Shown here: positions 24,834 to 38,572 of the stretch, in pieces | Position numbering within the stretch: the stretch's first letter is position 1 | How the letters are laid out: the number at the start of each line of letters is the position of its first letter | Assembly: GCF_020745735.1 (NCBI RefSeq) | Contig: NW_026867489.1 | Location: forward strand, 548,015 to 612,014 | DNA from: Hemiscyllium ocellatum | Lineage: Eukaryota | Length of the DNA: 64,000 nucleotides | Direction of reading: 5' to 3' | The notes under the pieces: model-generated | Told to the model about the DNA's origin: nothing | The model's input: only the letters and a program-made list of their open reading frames with translations | Databases searched by the model: none | Position numbers and translations under genes: made by a program

Positions 24834-25105
24834 GAGGAAGTGACGGATGCAGGTATATTTACAACACTTAAAATGCATTTCGTTACGTGCAGGAACAGGA
24901 AATGTTTGAAGGGATGTGTTGCTAGCCAAAGCATGTGGGAGAGTTTAACTGGGGAATATCGTTGACGTGGACGAGTTGGATTGAGGGGTGCTGTTTTACT
25001 TTCTGACTCTGGGATATTTAACGTTGGACAGAGGATTGATCATGTCCCTACTGATAGTGCACGTGACACTGTATTTCTTAACCATGATCCGAAATTTTCA
25101 TAGCT
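24834..25105 (+). repeat. CR1 3' end plus flank, locally duplicated at 26639-26910
   Basis: GAGGAAGTGACGGATGCAGGTATATTTACAACACTTAAAATGCATTT...ACCATGATCC occurs twice, 1805 bp apart. Confidence 0.85.
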
Positions 25106-26539
25106 ACTGTCTGTTTTGAGGATGAATGATGCCATTTGAAAAGTTAACTCTCATGGCCCCTCCACAGATTGCTGACAGGTCTGCTGAGCGTTTTGAGTAA
25201 TTTCAGTATTTTTATTTTGTTTCAGTTGACGTCCGACATCAATTTCTCTGTTCGTTTCACTTTCCAGGATCCACAGAATTTTGCTTTGAAATTAGATTTT
25301 AACTAGTTTTAATAAGCGCAAAACAGATCCAGGTAGAAGAACGCAGTCAATGGAAAGCATATTCAGACTATGGAGGGGCTAAAGGCAATAGTTCAGTCTT
25401 CTTGACATTTAATTGGAGAAAAATTCTCTTTAGTCACTGCCTCAGAACGTTTGACATATTGGACTGCAGTTTGGAACTGAAGGAAATTTGTTTCTATCGT
25501 CCTTCAAGATGGTAGAATTTGAAGGAGGAAGAGATTTTGTCCTTACTTGGATCAAATTGAGATGTTCACCTCTCACTCACACCCCTCCGACAGAAGGCAG
25601 AGCCTGGTGTCATTTCAGATCAGATGACAAGTCACTGTTGGAGATGGTCTTTGTAAACCTGTTTGTTTTTTTGTAACAATCCATTGGGTTCGATGATCAC
25701 TTTCTTTTGATGACAGCCCCAGATATTATCAGAATAATGCAGCTTAATTTTGCGAGTTGCTTCTAGCTAACTATAGGTCCTCTCTCATTGGCATTTGCTT
25801 TCTGTCTAATCAATAGAACAGATCATTAGAAGATGAGGACTTGTAGCAGGGTAAGTCAAAGCAAACAAAACATTTGGATCTGACAGACGATTTCATTAAT
25901 TATTTTGCAGATTTTGAACTTGGGACAAAGAAGTACCGTTCCCAACAAAGATTAACCGGACATGAGAACCTTCATTCATGGATTTCTTTAAATTCATCTT
26001 AAATTGCGGTTGCATCAAGAAACAATTATATTCTCAGAGTCTGCATTTGATTACTGCATCTGACCAATTCATCGTTGATGTTTTAGGAAACTGACTTAAT
26101 TGTTGCTGAAATGTCAAGTTTCATTTTTAATTCTATACTCGGGTACTTTAATCCTGTCGCGGTCCCCATTCAATCATTTGTTGTGCCTGACTGCTTCAGA
26201 AGCTTTTTCGCATGCTAATTGTTGGGAACTTTGGATGTAATAGTCGGGATGGCTTGTTGAGGTCATACAGAATGTTGATGCCTCTCCTGTAGAATTATGT
26301 GCAGTTTTAGTTGCCCTGTTGTCGGTAGGATATTCTTAAATTGTTGAAGGTTCTGAAAACGACGAGCTTGTCAATAATACCGGTAAAGGATGTGAGTTGA
26401 GTTAAACAAGTAAGCTGGACAGCTCGGACGTCCATTAATTTAGCGAAGGAGTTTGAGGGTTGACATTGTAGAGGTTTCTTTTGTAAAATACCGAGGGGCA
26501 TAGCAAGGCTTTTATTCTATCGGATGGGCGATTCCAAAA

Positions 26540-26910
26540 GTAGGGATATATTTTTAGGGGGAGAGGAATACATTTAAAAACGAAATGAGGGTCAACCGTT
26601 TCAAATTAAGAGTGGTCCATATATGAAAAGAACTGCTGGAGGAAGTGACGGATGCAGGTATATTTACAACACTTAAAATGCATTTCTTTACGTGTAGGAA
26701 TAGGAAACGTTTGGAGGGATGTGTTGCTAGCCAAAGCATGTGGGAGAGGTTAACCGGGGATTATCGTTGACGTGGACGAGTTGGATTGAGGGGTACTGTA
26801 TTACTTTCTGACTCTGGGATATTTAACGCTGGACAGAGAATTGATTATGTCCCTATTGATAGTGCATTTGACACTGCATTTCTAAACCATGATCCAGTTT
26901 TACCACAGCT
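26540..26910 (+). mobile_element. CR1 3' end plus flank (second, longer copy)
   Basis: RNEMR...F..RVV.IW..LLEEVTDAG CR1 C-terminal pattern followed by 3' UTR. Confidence 0.75.
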
Positions 26911-27554
26911 GAAAGTCTTCCTCACAATATTGCACGGGGCGCTGAACTCAAACATTTGGAAGCACTTTCCTCCATTCTTGTTCACCAGGTCAAACGATGC
27001 GTTCGTCAGAATACAACATCACCAGAATGTGCATGTGAATGTCTTCTTCTCAGGTTGTTACCTAACAACGGTTTCAAATTATTCAGAGTTTAATCCTTTA
27101 AAATATTACATGGATCTATAATTTAAAGACTAAACTGCTTCCCAATCAACACATACATATAAATTATTCTAATACTAAAGGTGCATGGAACCGCTGAAGG
27201 CATTCAAGAGAAGCAAACACTTTGGTTTCCATAAAATACTGAACTCGAGTTCTGGATCTGGGCCATCACTGACTGCACTTGATCGATAATAAAAGAAAAG
27301 CAGGAAATGCTCATGGGGACAACAGGACCACAGAATTTGCAAGGGAAATGGGAATATCCTCTTTGCTAAATTTGTCAACGCAAAGGAAGAAACCGAAAGT
27401 CCGACCTTTTCGTTGATCTAAATATAACCAAACGTGCAGTTTGTGACTTCATTGTCCCTGTGGACTCTGTCATTCGAAATAAATGAGGGAACGCATAACG
27501 TTTCAAAGAGTAAGGCTGCAAAATTGCTGCAATTCCTTTAGTGTATGAAGGACA

Positions 27555-29935
27555 ATGCACGGACCAGCGAATGGCCCCATCTTTGCCATGTGTTATCCTA
27601 TTCTAGCTGCAATTGGTGCCCCTGGTTAGTAATGGCTCCGATGCACCCGGTTTTCTTTTTATATATCTCTCCAGAAGTATTGTCTCTTTCCATTCAGATT
27701 TGTACTGAAGGTATTTAACATTCTGTGATTTCTGTGTAATAGCGGTTCAATCACGTCCTAATTTATTAGTTGCATTACATGATATTTTGGGGTGTTATGT
27801 CTAGTATTGAATACATTACTTCATTGCACTTGTGTTCTGGGCATTAGCGAATGATACTCAAATTATTGTGATGCATCCCTATATAAGTACCGCTTAATAA
27901 TTTCTGGGGAACAATTGGTAATGTCCAACTTTGAATCAGTCTGTAAGTTGTTGATCATTATATCCTATCCTAATGTAGCAAAGTCAAATATTGTGTTTTC
28001 ATATGTGCGGGAATAATGGTGTATTACAGTGGAGGACATAATTTGCTATTTTTATTTTTGGTCCAGAAAATGAATAGTTAGAGTGCCATCATTACATCAT
28101 ATGAAACGAAAAGATTTAAGTGATTATACGAGTGTACAGCACGGCATCTATTCACAGTTAAACGAAGCCAGGATGCGAAATTCCAGTTGTGAACGTGGTT
28201 TTAGGCATTTTTAATAGCAACATTTGAAAGGTCTGAATGGTGATCCAAGATTCACCATACTAAGCAATTGTCTTCTTATGATAAATTTTTGTATGCTTAT
28301 ATGTTTTTATGTATAACAATTACGTGGGAATAGCTGTTGGTGGGAACTGCAACAGTAACGTTTAGCTTTCACTTTGGAATGTAGTTTCACTTGTTCCTTC
28401 AGAGATGCATTTGGTTTCATGCAAACCTTTACATAAGGGGGAATATGATCATCAGTTTGAAAGATGTGGGAGTTTTAAAGAATTGGCTGAAGATCAAAAA
28501 AGATAGGCTTTTACCTGGGGACTGAATTAGAAGTTTGGGCCTGGACACGAGTGAAATGATAAATGTGCTGGAGACACCCAAGGCCAGAAAGTCGGCATTG
28601 AGCGATCTCAGATGGTTTTGGTTGTGAATGGGATGCGGATGAATATGGTATGTGTTTTTTTTTTCAGTTTGAAGAGTAGGATTATCTTACGGCGATATTA
28701 CTGGAATTCAAGCCAATATAGGTCAGCATGAATAGACGTTGATGGATGGATTTGAAACAATAAGTACACGGTTTTGCAAATGTATCCATTCAGGTTTACC
28801 TGGAAAGCCAGCTACACGGACTGATTGAGTGACTGTCATGCATTGTTAGTGTTAGCGACAAATTGAAATGACTTTTGCCATGTCCAGTATTTAACCCACA
28901 TTTGAATGATGAACAAATGTGATTTGCTTCACAATATTACAAGTCAGGAGGTATCTAGGGGAGAAGTCTGAAAGTTTCTGCAAAAGATTGATGTGAAAGT
29001 AGCTGGTGTTTAAATTTAACTCGAAGCTATTTCGCATTTTTGATGTCTTACAGCTAATTTGGCAACGATAGTGCGGCCTGTCTCGTGGTATCACCTACTA
29101 CTTACTGTCAATTGCAGTAACCGATTTCATTGTCATCATTGGCGCTGTCATAATCAATCGGTTTGGTAGCATTTACTTTAGGTACAGCCTTCTGTCAACT
29201 ACCCCTGTGTGCAGAATCAGCACTGTTTTGGTCTATATCAGCCGGGATAGCTCCGTTTGGTTGACTGTTACATTCACCCTCGACCGTTTTGTTGCCATCT
29301 GCTGCCAGAGCCTGAAGACCAGATGCTGCACTGAGAAAATTGCGTCAGTCATCATAGGAATTGTCTGTCTACTTAGCTGTATCAAGAACACCCCTTTCTT
29401 CTTTGTCTACCAGCCCTTATACATTCTGGACGGGAAACCCTGGTTCTGTGACTTAAAGTCCAGTTTTTATACCTTGCCTGCCTGGCAGTGTTATCAATGG
29501 ATGGACCACATTCTGACCCCCTTCCTCCCTTTTCTCCTTATTCTCCTGTTCAACGCCCTGACTGTTAGACACATCATAGCAGCCAGCAGAGCACGGAAAA
29601 GACTTCGAGGTTCTGAGAATTCCAATGATGCTGAGTTGGCCAACCGCAACAAGTCCATTGTATTGCTCTTCACAATTTCCCTCAGCTTTCTACTTCTCTG
29701 GGCCACCTACGTTGGACGATTCCTCTTCGTGCAGTTTACAGGAGAGGGTTATTTTGGCGGACTGAATTTTAATGATCCACAATTCATCCTTCAAGAAATG
29801 ACCAACCTGCTTCAGTTATTCAGTTCTTGTAATAATGTATTCATCTATGCAGTGACCCAGACAAAGTTCCGACAGGAGCTTATGAAGCTGCTGCTCTCTC
29901 CTTACACGTTCTTCAACAGTTTTATTAAACGATGA
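27555..29935 (+). pseudogene. Two-exon GPR139-like class A GPCR with a single frameshift at 29071 (exon 1 27555-27624; exon 2 29054-29935)
   Basis: Exon 1 MHGPANGPIFAMCYPILAAIGAP G|GTTAGT; acceptor TTACAG|CTAAT; ANLATI-g-CGLSRGITYYLLSIAVTD...TFTLDRFVAICC...NRNKSIVLLFTIS...CNNVFIYAVTQTKFRQEL; the family-typical VILSRGK stretch is missing and the frame is broken; otherwise open to the stop. Confidence 0.85.
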
Positions 29936-32900
29936 AAACAGCACCAAAAGCAATGAGAACCCATTGTTTGTGTTCTAACTCTGTGGTTTCAATTAGAATG
30001 TACATGCTCATGTCCTTGTACTCAATTGTTAGGTCAATTCCCAACCTGTGAAAGCTTATGATAGCAGAAAATAGATGAAAAAAATAGATCAAACATTGGA
30101 TGTTCTGAGTGTTTCGTTAAGATGCCACACAACTATATGCTTTCATACCCATTATTTCAGCTACCCTGTTTTCGGGACCGATATTTGTAGCTTCAATCCC
30201 TTCCTTTCCCCCTTCCATTCCGCCGTGCATTCGTCTTACCTTTCTTTCCTGTCTCTATTTGTCCGAAATTCGTAAACTCTCCTTGTCGTTTTCCTTCAAC
30301 ATGACCCAGAAGAAAACCCATTAAACTGGAGGAAGCTTTAGATCTGTGCCTTCAATAATAAGTACAGTTCTATTATTTTTGGTACCCACTATACAATCCA
30401 CATGATGGCGATAAACGTTAGAATTTCAACGGAAGCATGTCAGACAAACAGATGGACCGCCTCCAGTCCAAAATGACTGCTCTTTACGTTGAATTATTTT
30501 ATCTTGTTCGAAAGGAAGCAAGGGGTTGTTGGACTGGTATGAGGATTTCCACAGCAATCACTCACAAAGTTATCCATGGACAAGAAATTTCCAGCCAACC
30601 AGTGGCCAACATTAGACCACAATAAGGAACTCAACTAATACTGTGGGTACGGATAATGTTATTCCAGAAATTCAAGTAAACATGACACTCTAAGGTTTGT
30701 GAACATTTTTCTCCACGACCTCCACATTTCTCCGAATATATATTGAAAAACAACTGGATATGAACAAGAACAATGAAACTAAGCAGTTTCTTGTCCCTCG
30801 GTGAGCGACTCTCACAGATCCTGCATTTGAGTTGATACTACTGTCAGTTTGGATAGTGATGTGTGTTTCCATCTTCTCCCTGGCTAAATCCCGAATGATA
30901 GTGCAGTGACACCAAGCCATCAGCGGACGGTAACATTGCACCCCTTTGAATAGAAGAGAAACACGGGGAAAGAGTAGCTTTTATTTAATCATTTTGTTTC
31001 ATTGAATCCCCAGAAGGGTTATATTTCATTGCAGACAGAAATGAATATGCAGACAACACCGATGTAGACACTTATACACGGATATTTGAAAGAGACAGAA
31101 ACTTCCAGATGCACAACCATTGATGAACAAGCAGAGATATACACAACAGAGAGACAATTATAGACATCTATCCAACGTTTTGCTTTTGGAATTTGATGCC
31201 CATTGTCACACAGTGATGCAATGTTAGCGGTTATCAAGATACTACAAACAGTGGTGTTTTGCAGTGAACTCGGCCTTTATTGCAGCTTCTGTTCTTTTTT
31301 ACATCAGTTGTAAAGCTAGGGATGCAAAAACTGAACGATTGACTTCTGCTGCAATAGTCCTTAATATTCCCCGACGCATCGGCATCTGCCAGCCACAGAA
31401 GGAGGCCTTTCAGTCTCCAGGAGCACTGCTTTCTCTGAACGGAATGATTTTTTTAATCGCACACTCCGAACCTTCCAGAAACTTTCCATATATTCACATT
31501 TCGAAAACACCCAAATCCCCTTTTGAAATGAGATTAAATCTCCTCAAGCTCCTCATCGAGTAATTTGTTTCACTGCAGAATCACCCTCTTCAAATCTGGG
31601 CAATCCACAAGTCACTTACAAATAGTTTTGACAATTTGACACATATTAGCACAGTGGCAATATGAAGGTTGCTCTTCCAGAGCGTGGGAGCAGCGGTTTG
31701 CAACATTTGTGCCTCTAATTCTCCAACACTATCATTGTGATGCTTATCGAGAGCGAGTTTGACTGTGTGAGAATTTGACAGCGTGATTGTGAGAGAATAT
31801 ATGTGAACCTGAGAGCTTGACTGAGAATTAATATTAAAGTGTGTGAGTGAGTGTGAATCAAAGAGAATTTGTGTTTGTGAGATAAAGAGAGTGTGTATTT
31901 CCTTGTGAGTGAGTCAGAGCTTTTCTGGGAGTAAATTTGACGAAGAGAATATATTAGAGATACAGTGCACCTTAGTATGTGTGAGAGATTGAGAATGAAT
32001 TTGACAGTGTGAGAAGGAAGGTGTATGCTTTCTCCACAAGTACTGCTGGTTCTCTGAATTCATACTAGTCATCAGATTTAATGAGGCATTAGCGAGCACA
32101 CCAATGATGGTAGGGTTATTATTGCATGCAGTTACGTTCAGAATTGAAACATTTTGAATCTGAGTGCATGCAATTTACTTAAACCCACTGCCCTGTTCAG
32201 CCAACTGGATTTCGTATGTTTTCCCAAAATGGGATTCTGTTTTTTGATCCACTTCTTTTGAGTGGTTGAGCTGATTAAAGTAATTTCCTTTAAAGATATG
32301 AAACTTGTAATGTATCAATCAAAATATCTGCAGCCATAAAGAATACATTCAAAGCAGCAGGTGGCATATCAACAGAGAGTTCACATTGGATTGAGCAGAA
32401 CGCGTTCAAGGTGACATCATTTTCATTCAGAAGCAGAACATGCAAAACATTTCTGAAAGACTTTCTGGCGATTGACCGATTGTTAAATGTCAACATGTGT
32501 CATACAAACCCCTGAGATCTCCTTTCTTCTTCAATCCATCCATCAGGTAAAATCCCCATTTATTTCCAACATAATCAGTCCAGAATTTCCATCTGCTGGG
32601 AATTGAAACGTGAATGACATTCGAAGACAAAGAGATCAGTCGTGATTTTATTGAGTGGAGGAGCAGTATGGTCTCATTCTGCTCCTACATCATTTGTTTG
32701 CATATATATTAGTGAATTAGACAATGGTTAAACCCAATGTTATACCTCCAGAATCATTCTTTGGTAAGGATAAACAATGAAACACACAGCTAAATGTGTT
32801 CTACCCAATCCCTTAGAATTAAGGAGCTGTTGCAAAAGTAGGTATACTCATTAAGTTAATGTAGGCAGCTATTTGCCCCTCAAAAGCACGATTACAGTAT

Positions 32901-33169
32901 ACCCTTTCACTAAATGTTTGCTTGAGTCACATGTAAGCTGCTCGGGGCGTTAAAGATTGTATGTGGGAATGGATGTCTGATGGACTCCAGTAAAACGAGA
33001 ATGAGAAGACATTGCATGAGTAAGTGATCATGGAACACGTTGATCATTCTAATTAATTATAGCACTTACACATTCAAAATACACGTGATGGTAGAAGGTC
33101 GTTTGTGTGATGACGGCCACTATCCAATTTTCCAACACAGGCTTCAGCTTTGTGTTCCTTATTGCTTGT

Positions 33170-33870
33170 TGCATGTACAATCTATATAGATGAGAACGTG
33201 CCGGGGGTTGGGGTGAGGGAATTGGTAGCTAAGTTTACAATGATTGAAAACTTGGCTGGATGGTTGACAGCAAGCATGAAGGTCACAGTTTAAAGGCGGA
33301 TATAAACAGATTGATCATGTGGCAGATCAGTAGCAGATGGAATTTTACCAAAATAATTGTGAAAGGATGCATTTCGAAAGAAGCAAAAAAAAAAGACAAG
33401 GAAATATTAAATGCGTGTTAGGAAACTTGGAAACTCAGAGGAACGAGGAATCTTGGGGTGTTTGTCGACAGATCGCTAAAGGCAACATGGAAGTTTCTTC
33501 AAGCAGTTTAGAAGGCAAAGGGGATTCTTGCCTTTATGATTCGAAGCATATTACAACAGCAGTGAGGTTATATTGAAGCTGTGCAGGACTTTGCTTCGGT
33601 CACAGCTGGAGTGTTGTGGGTATTTCACGTCTCTTTAGGAGTAATATGATCGCAGTTAAGGTAGACCAGAGTTGGTATACCAGTATGAATAGGATGGATA
33701 TAAAGGAGCTATTCCCCTCAGTTGGACGATGAGTAAGAATGAGGCATCATTTTAAAATGAAAGGCAGGAGGTTCAGAGGGGAATTCGGATAAAAAGAAAT
33801 CACCCAGAGAGTGGTTGCTTGAGTTGAGATAGGTAAATTCAAAATTATCCAAACATAACTTGGAGGAGCG
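33170..33870 (+). mobile_element. CR1 LINE RT/3' fragment
   Basis: SKF..D.KLGG.V......LQ.DI.RL..WA..QMEF-like translation, then RVV..W; boundaries approximate. Confidence 0.7.
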
Positions 33871-36800
33871 TTGGGTTTTGTGCTGCAAAGTATAGAATTA
33901 GCGTATTTTTTCGGGTATACTCCTGATGGGCTGAGAACCCAATTCTGAAATAGATGATTCAACGGTTTTGTTTTCTTGAAGTTATGGTGGTAAGTGGAAA
34001 TATAAAATGTGCTGATGCAGACTGGACGGGAAGTTTAACAGTATGATAGAATCGGTAATGTCTCTATTGGCTCCTAGATTTATCAGGCTCTTCTGCAAAA
34101 ATATTTGTGACAGTTTGATTCCAGGATACTTTGGTTTCATGATAGCCCTGCCATTGACCGCTAAACGCTGTGCTTCACTTTGTAGTGGAAGTTTTTTTTG
34201 TGAGTCTGAACAAACCACACATCCATAAGAGGGAGAACCACAGAAAGTTTTCAGTAATTTTTGCGTACAGTTCAGATTTCTTTTCTATTACTTTGAGGTT
34301 GAAAGCACAGAAATATATGGCAGTGTCATCAGCTGCCGCCCCAAAATGGTTAAACTGGTGAGTTTTATTCTGGTTCGGAGTTCTGCAGAGAAGCTCCTTA
34401 TCTAGTTATTGCCGTTACCAATACAGATAATAGATGTTTTCTGTTGTACTGGATGTGGATCTCAGAGTCATTGCTTCACGCTGTCTCCTACTCTCAGAAG
34501 GCTGAGACTGATTTATGTAATTTCCGTCACCCCGTTTTGTAACATGTTCAGAAGGAAGAAAATACTGTAATGAAAACTTCACTCGAATAATTATGCACTT
34601 TTATTTTGAGCATGAAAAAATTGGACTATTTCTTACCGACAATGAGAATTGTGAACAGAAGTCAGGTGCGGAATATCCGCGTGGCTGCTGCCGACTGACA
34701 GTTTGCACTAGAAGAGTCTCCTATGGGTTGAACGACACTTCCTGATGTAATGGTTCGCTTCCAGCTGTATAATCCCAGGTGCAGACACCAAATATTGAAT
34801 TGAGCTTCAGGTTAGGATCTGGTCACCTGCAGTTTTGTCCCACTGTATAATCTCTCTGATTGTCAAGAGTTCTGACAAGGAGTCTGCTAATCATCTCTGA
34901 AAGTAAAAGCAGCAGCACAAATATAACAGGCAGATAACAATTCAATGGAAAAGCAGATTGGAAATAGATAGAGGAGCGGAAACTTTGTAAAAAATTGGAA
35001 AAAGTGAGGGAGTGTTTCACGTCAATGTTTCCAGTCTTGGCTCCATAAACAAAATTCAGATAATTGCCTGGAGAAAACATGGATTAGTAGGAACTAGAAG
35101 AATGCAGTTATCTTCCGTTCGACTGGAATTCCCCTTCACATGTTTCACCAGAAAGGTTTGGCGGAGGAGGGGTGGGGGAGCAAAGGGTCATGCCTTCGAT
35201 GTAACCTACACTAAAAAAAAACCAAAGCATCGTGCCTTAAAAATACGAAAATGCACAAGGAGGCAAACACATATAAAACCACACATGCTCAACACTAACA
35301 TTCAGATGCAGACAACGTTGAATTATGCTTCATGAACATTGATACAAAAGGAATTACACATCGATAATAAATGCTGTTCGAGTCATCAATAACCTCATCT
35401 CATGAGCGAATGAAGAAAATGTTTTGCATTACTTCAGAGGAAGAATCTTGGACAAACGTTATGGAAACGCCTATGTGTTTAGCAGATACCTAGCATAACA
35501 TTTTTTTTTGAGAAAAGAAAATAATACACTTGAACTAAGACAGGCAGACAAGGAAATTAACCACCGTGAACAAATATTGTCACCCATTCCCACGCACATA
35601 TCGAGTTTGTTATTCATCAGAAACACTAAAATTACTATGCACAAAGACACATGAACAAAGGAACTTGAACATTTAAATTAAAAGTACTTAACACAAATTA
35701 AGTTGCCTTTGAGGCCACGACTTCCTTCGTGAATATTTATTCTCAAAAGGTGACGAGAATAATTTGCAAACAATAAGAATCAAAACAGTTTGATGTCATA
35801 TTTTGATAATTTCTATTAGTTTAGGGATTGATGTACACAATTAGATGATAAAAATTGACACCTTGCAAAACAGGCATAGATCTGAATAGGTCGCCTCCTG
35901 ATTTCAATGAGCGTTTGGCACACAAAAGATGATAGTTGCATTCTCAATGCGTGGTTATAATTTGAAATCAATTCATAATTTGTCTGTAGACACTGAAACT
36001 CAATTTGCAATTCCCTTCCAGGAGGTTGTCATTTCTTGTGATATAGAGCATGGATGCTACGTGTCTCGAAGCCACGAGCTCCTTCACGTTTAGAGTACGT
36101 CCAGGTACTTTCCAACATATCATTGGAAATAATGGGGGCGTAAAGTATGCAGTAAACTATAGAAAGCTGCACATTCAGTCGAGGATACTGTTTCCTCTGC
36201 AGTTGGCATGAATGCATGGTGAAAAAGCGTGCATAGTTTGCATAGATAATTGGCGAAAACAAAAGCGAAAACTGGGGATGGGCTCAGCAGAGATTACCAA
36301 AGTATCCATATACTGCAATAGAGCAGAGAGATTGTGAAAACTATCAGGAATATATCTACAATAGACAAGGGGACAATGCTAAGAGGGTGCGCTTAATGCA
36401 GGATGTAGGGCACACAATATACAAAATAATCTAAGTGAGCTTGTAACACAGGGGTTGAAATTGGCGAGTAGGCTGTTATGGGCATCACATACACTTGGTT
36501 ACAAGGGGATCAGTGCTGAGCACGACAGATCCAAAGATATTGGAAGGACAGACAAATGGGCAGAGTAGCAGGATTTCCTTCTTTGTAAGAAATTAACTTA
36601 AATCAAGAACTATAATTGATTGTGGGTTCGGAAGTATTGAATGTGTTTGGGTAGATATGAGAAACAACAAAAGAAAAGACCCCCTGATGGAGTTATTGGA
36701 CAGGTCGTTCCTGAGCAGAAAATAAATCTGGATAATGGAGAAGGCATGTAACAAAAGCACAATTACAACAACAATGAGTGACTTAAGTACGCAGTCAGAG

Positions 36801-37029
36801 CGGGAAAGATAGATTGGTCACGAAACCCAAGGAACTAAATCCGTGAATATCAATGAGTTATTGCTTTTGGAGTCCCTTGTGGTAGAGCCCATTTTCTACA
36901 GATAATTCTGGATTTGGCGGTACACAATAACGCCTGAATAGCAAACTTTAAGTTGAAGGCAATCTTTTTGGATAGTGACTATATTATCAGAAAAAAAAAT
37001 TATCTTGCAGATTGAGGGAGAGTTGCTTG

Positions 37030-37995
37030 AATTAGACGTAACCGATTTAGAAGGCGCTTACAACACATGCACAACATCCTTACCATTGTAAAGTTCACCA
37101 ATGAGAAAGATAATAATAAAAGCTTCCACTTCCTCGATGTCACATTAGAACAAGAAGACAAACGAAAACTGCAGACCAGCGCTCACAGGAAAACCACACA
37201 ACTGAACGTACACTCAACTGCAGCAGAAAACATCCAAAAGTGTAGCTGCATCAGGACATTAGTTAAAAGAGCCACAACACACTGCAGCACGCAGGACCTC
37301 CAAGAAGTCGAGGAAAAACACCTACACAACGTATTCAGGTAAAAGTACCCAATAAGTGCAGCCCATCAATTTGTACACAACAGACGTAAACAGGAAGACA
37401 CATCGCACCCAGAGACTCTAGCCACACTGCCATACATTACATACATCTTGGAGATGACGACCAGATTACCTCAGCCCCTAGGCATCAGAATATTTCACAA
37501 ATCTACTACCACACTGACACAGCTCCTAATGAATTTAACAAACCCTATACCAACAAGCAGCAGAATGATTGTCATTGTCAAATACCTTGCAAGGTCTGCA
37601 CAAAACATTACATTGGATAGACGAGCAGGCAACTAGCCACCAGGATCCATGAGCACCAACTTGCTGCCATGGCCAGCTATCATCAGTATTCAAACACACA
37701 GACGAAGAGCATCACCAGCTTGACTGTGAAAAGTATCCTTCTTGGGACAGACTAAACAATGACATGCACGGGAATTCCGAGAGGCCTGGGATTCAATCTG
37801 GAAGTCCATTAGCAAACGTATCTATTTCCACCCATTTATCAACCTCACAGAAAACGAACCGGAAGTGATACCATTCAACACAACGCACCAAGTCTCATAA
37901 ATAGCAAGCGGGACTGCACACCAGCACGCCATCGGAGGCTCACTGATGATGTGAGCTAGCGTGGTGACGAAACGTCTGAGAACAAATCTGGAGCT
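37030..37995 (+). mobile_element. Penelope-like element 3' fragment with hammerhead motif at 37939-37980
   Basis: ORF 37067-37342 FTNEKDNNKSFHFLDVTLE...; CTCA-CTGATGA...GGTGAC-GAAA-CGTC-TGAG. Confidence 0.85.
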
Positions 37996-38254
37996 CAAGG
38001 AACTAAAAAACAACCCAAATTTAAAAAAAAGAAAACTAACGGGTGTTAGTGCAAGTCACTGCCATGGACAGATTGCCTGACCCGTAGAAAACAAAGATAG
38101 GAGATAAAGGGGTAGCTATCGGGATGACAGACGATGTCTCGTGGTTTAATGTGTGGACCACAAACAATCACATTATATTTTAATAATATGAATGAAGAAA
38201 CTGACAGCACTTGTTGCAAAGTTTGCATACAACACAGATAGGTCGTGGATCAAG

Positions 38255-38572
38255 GGGCGGAGCGGTAGCTTAGTGGTTAGCACTGCTGTCTCACAACGTT
38301 AGGGACCCGGGTTCAATTCCAGCATTGGGCGACTGTCTGTGTGGAGTTTGTACGTTCTCCCTGTGTCAGGGTGGGTTTCCTCCGGATGTTCCGGTTTCTT
38401 CCCATAATCCAAAGATGTGCAGGTCAGGTGAATTGGCCATGCTAAATTGCCCATAGTGTCAGCGGTGAGTATAAGGTAGGGGAGTGGGTCTGGGTGGGTT
38501 ACTCTTCGAAGGATCAGTGTGGACTTGTTGGGCCGAAGGGCCTGTTTCCATACTGTAGGTAATCTAATCTAA
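38255..38572 (+). mobile_element. HE1-type SINE (paralog of 3571-3880)
   Basis: Full tRNA-like head, core and (AATCT)n tail. Confidence 0.9.

Noticed and set aside
30690-31237. Hydrophobic minus-strand ORF fragments suggestive of a GPCR
   Set aside because: No DRY/NPxxY-type or GPR139-family motif could be aligned; insufficient support without a profile search.
31740-32030. GA/GT-rich stretch with recurring GAGAATTTGAC
   Set aside because: Looks like degenerate low-complexity or microsatellite sequence with no regular period.
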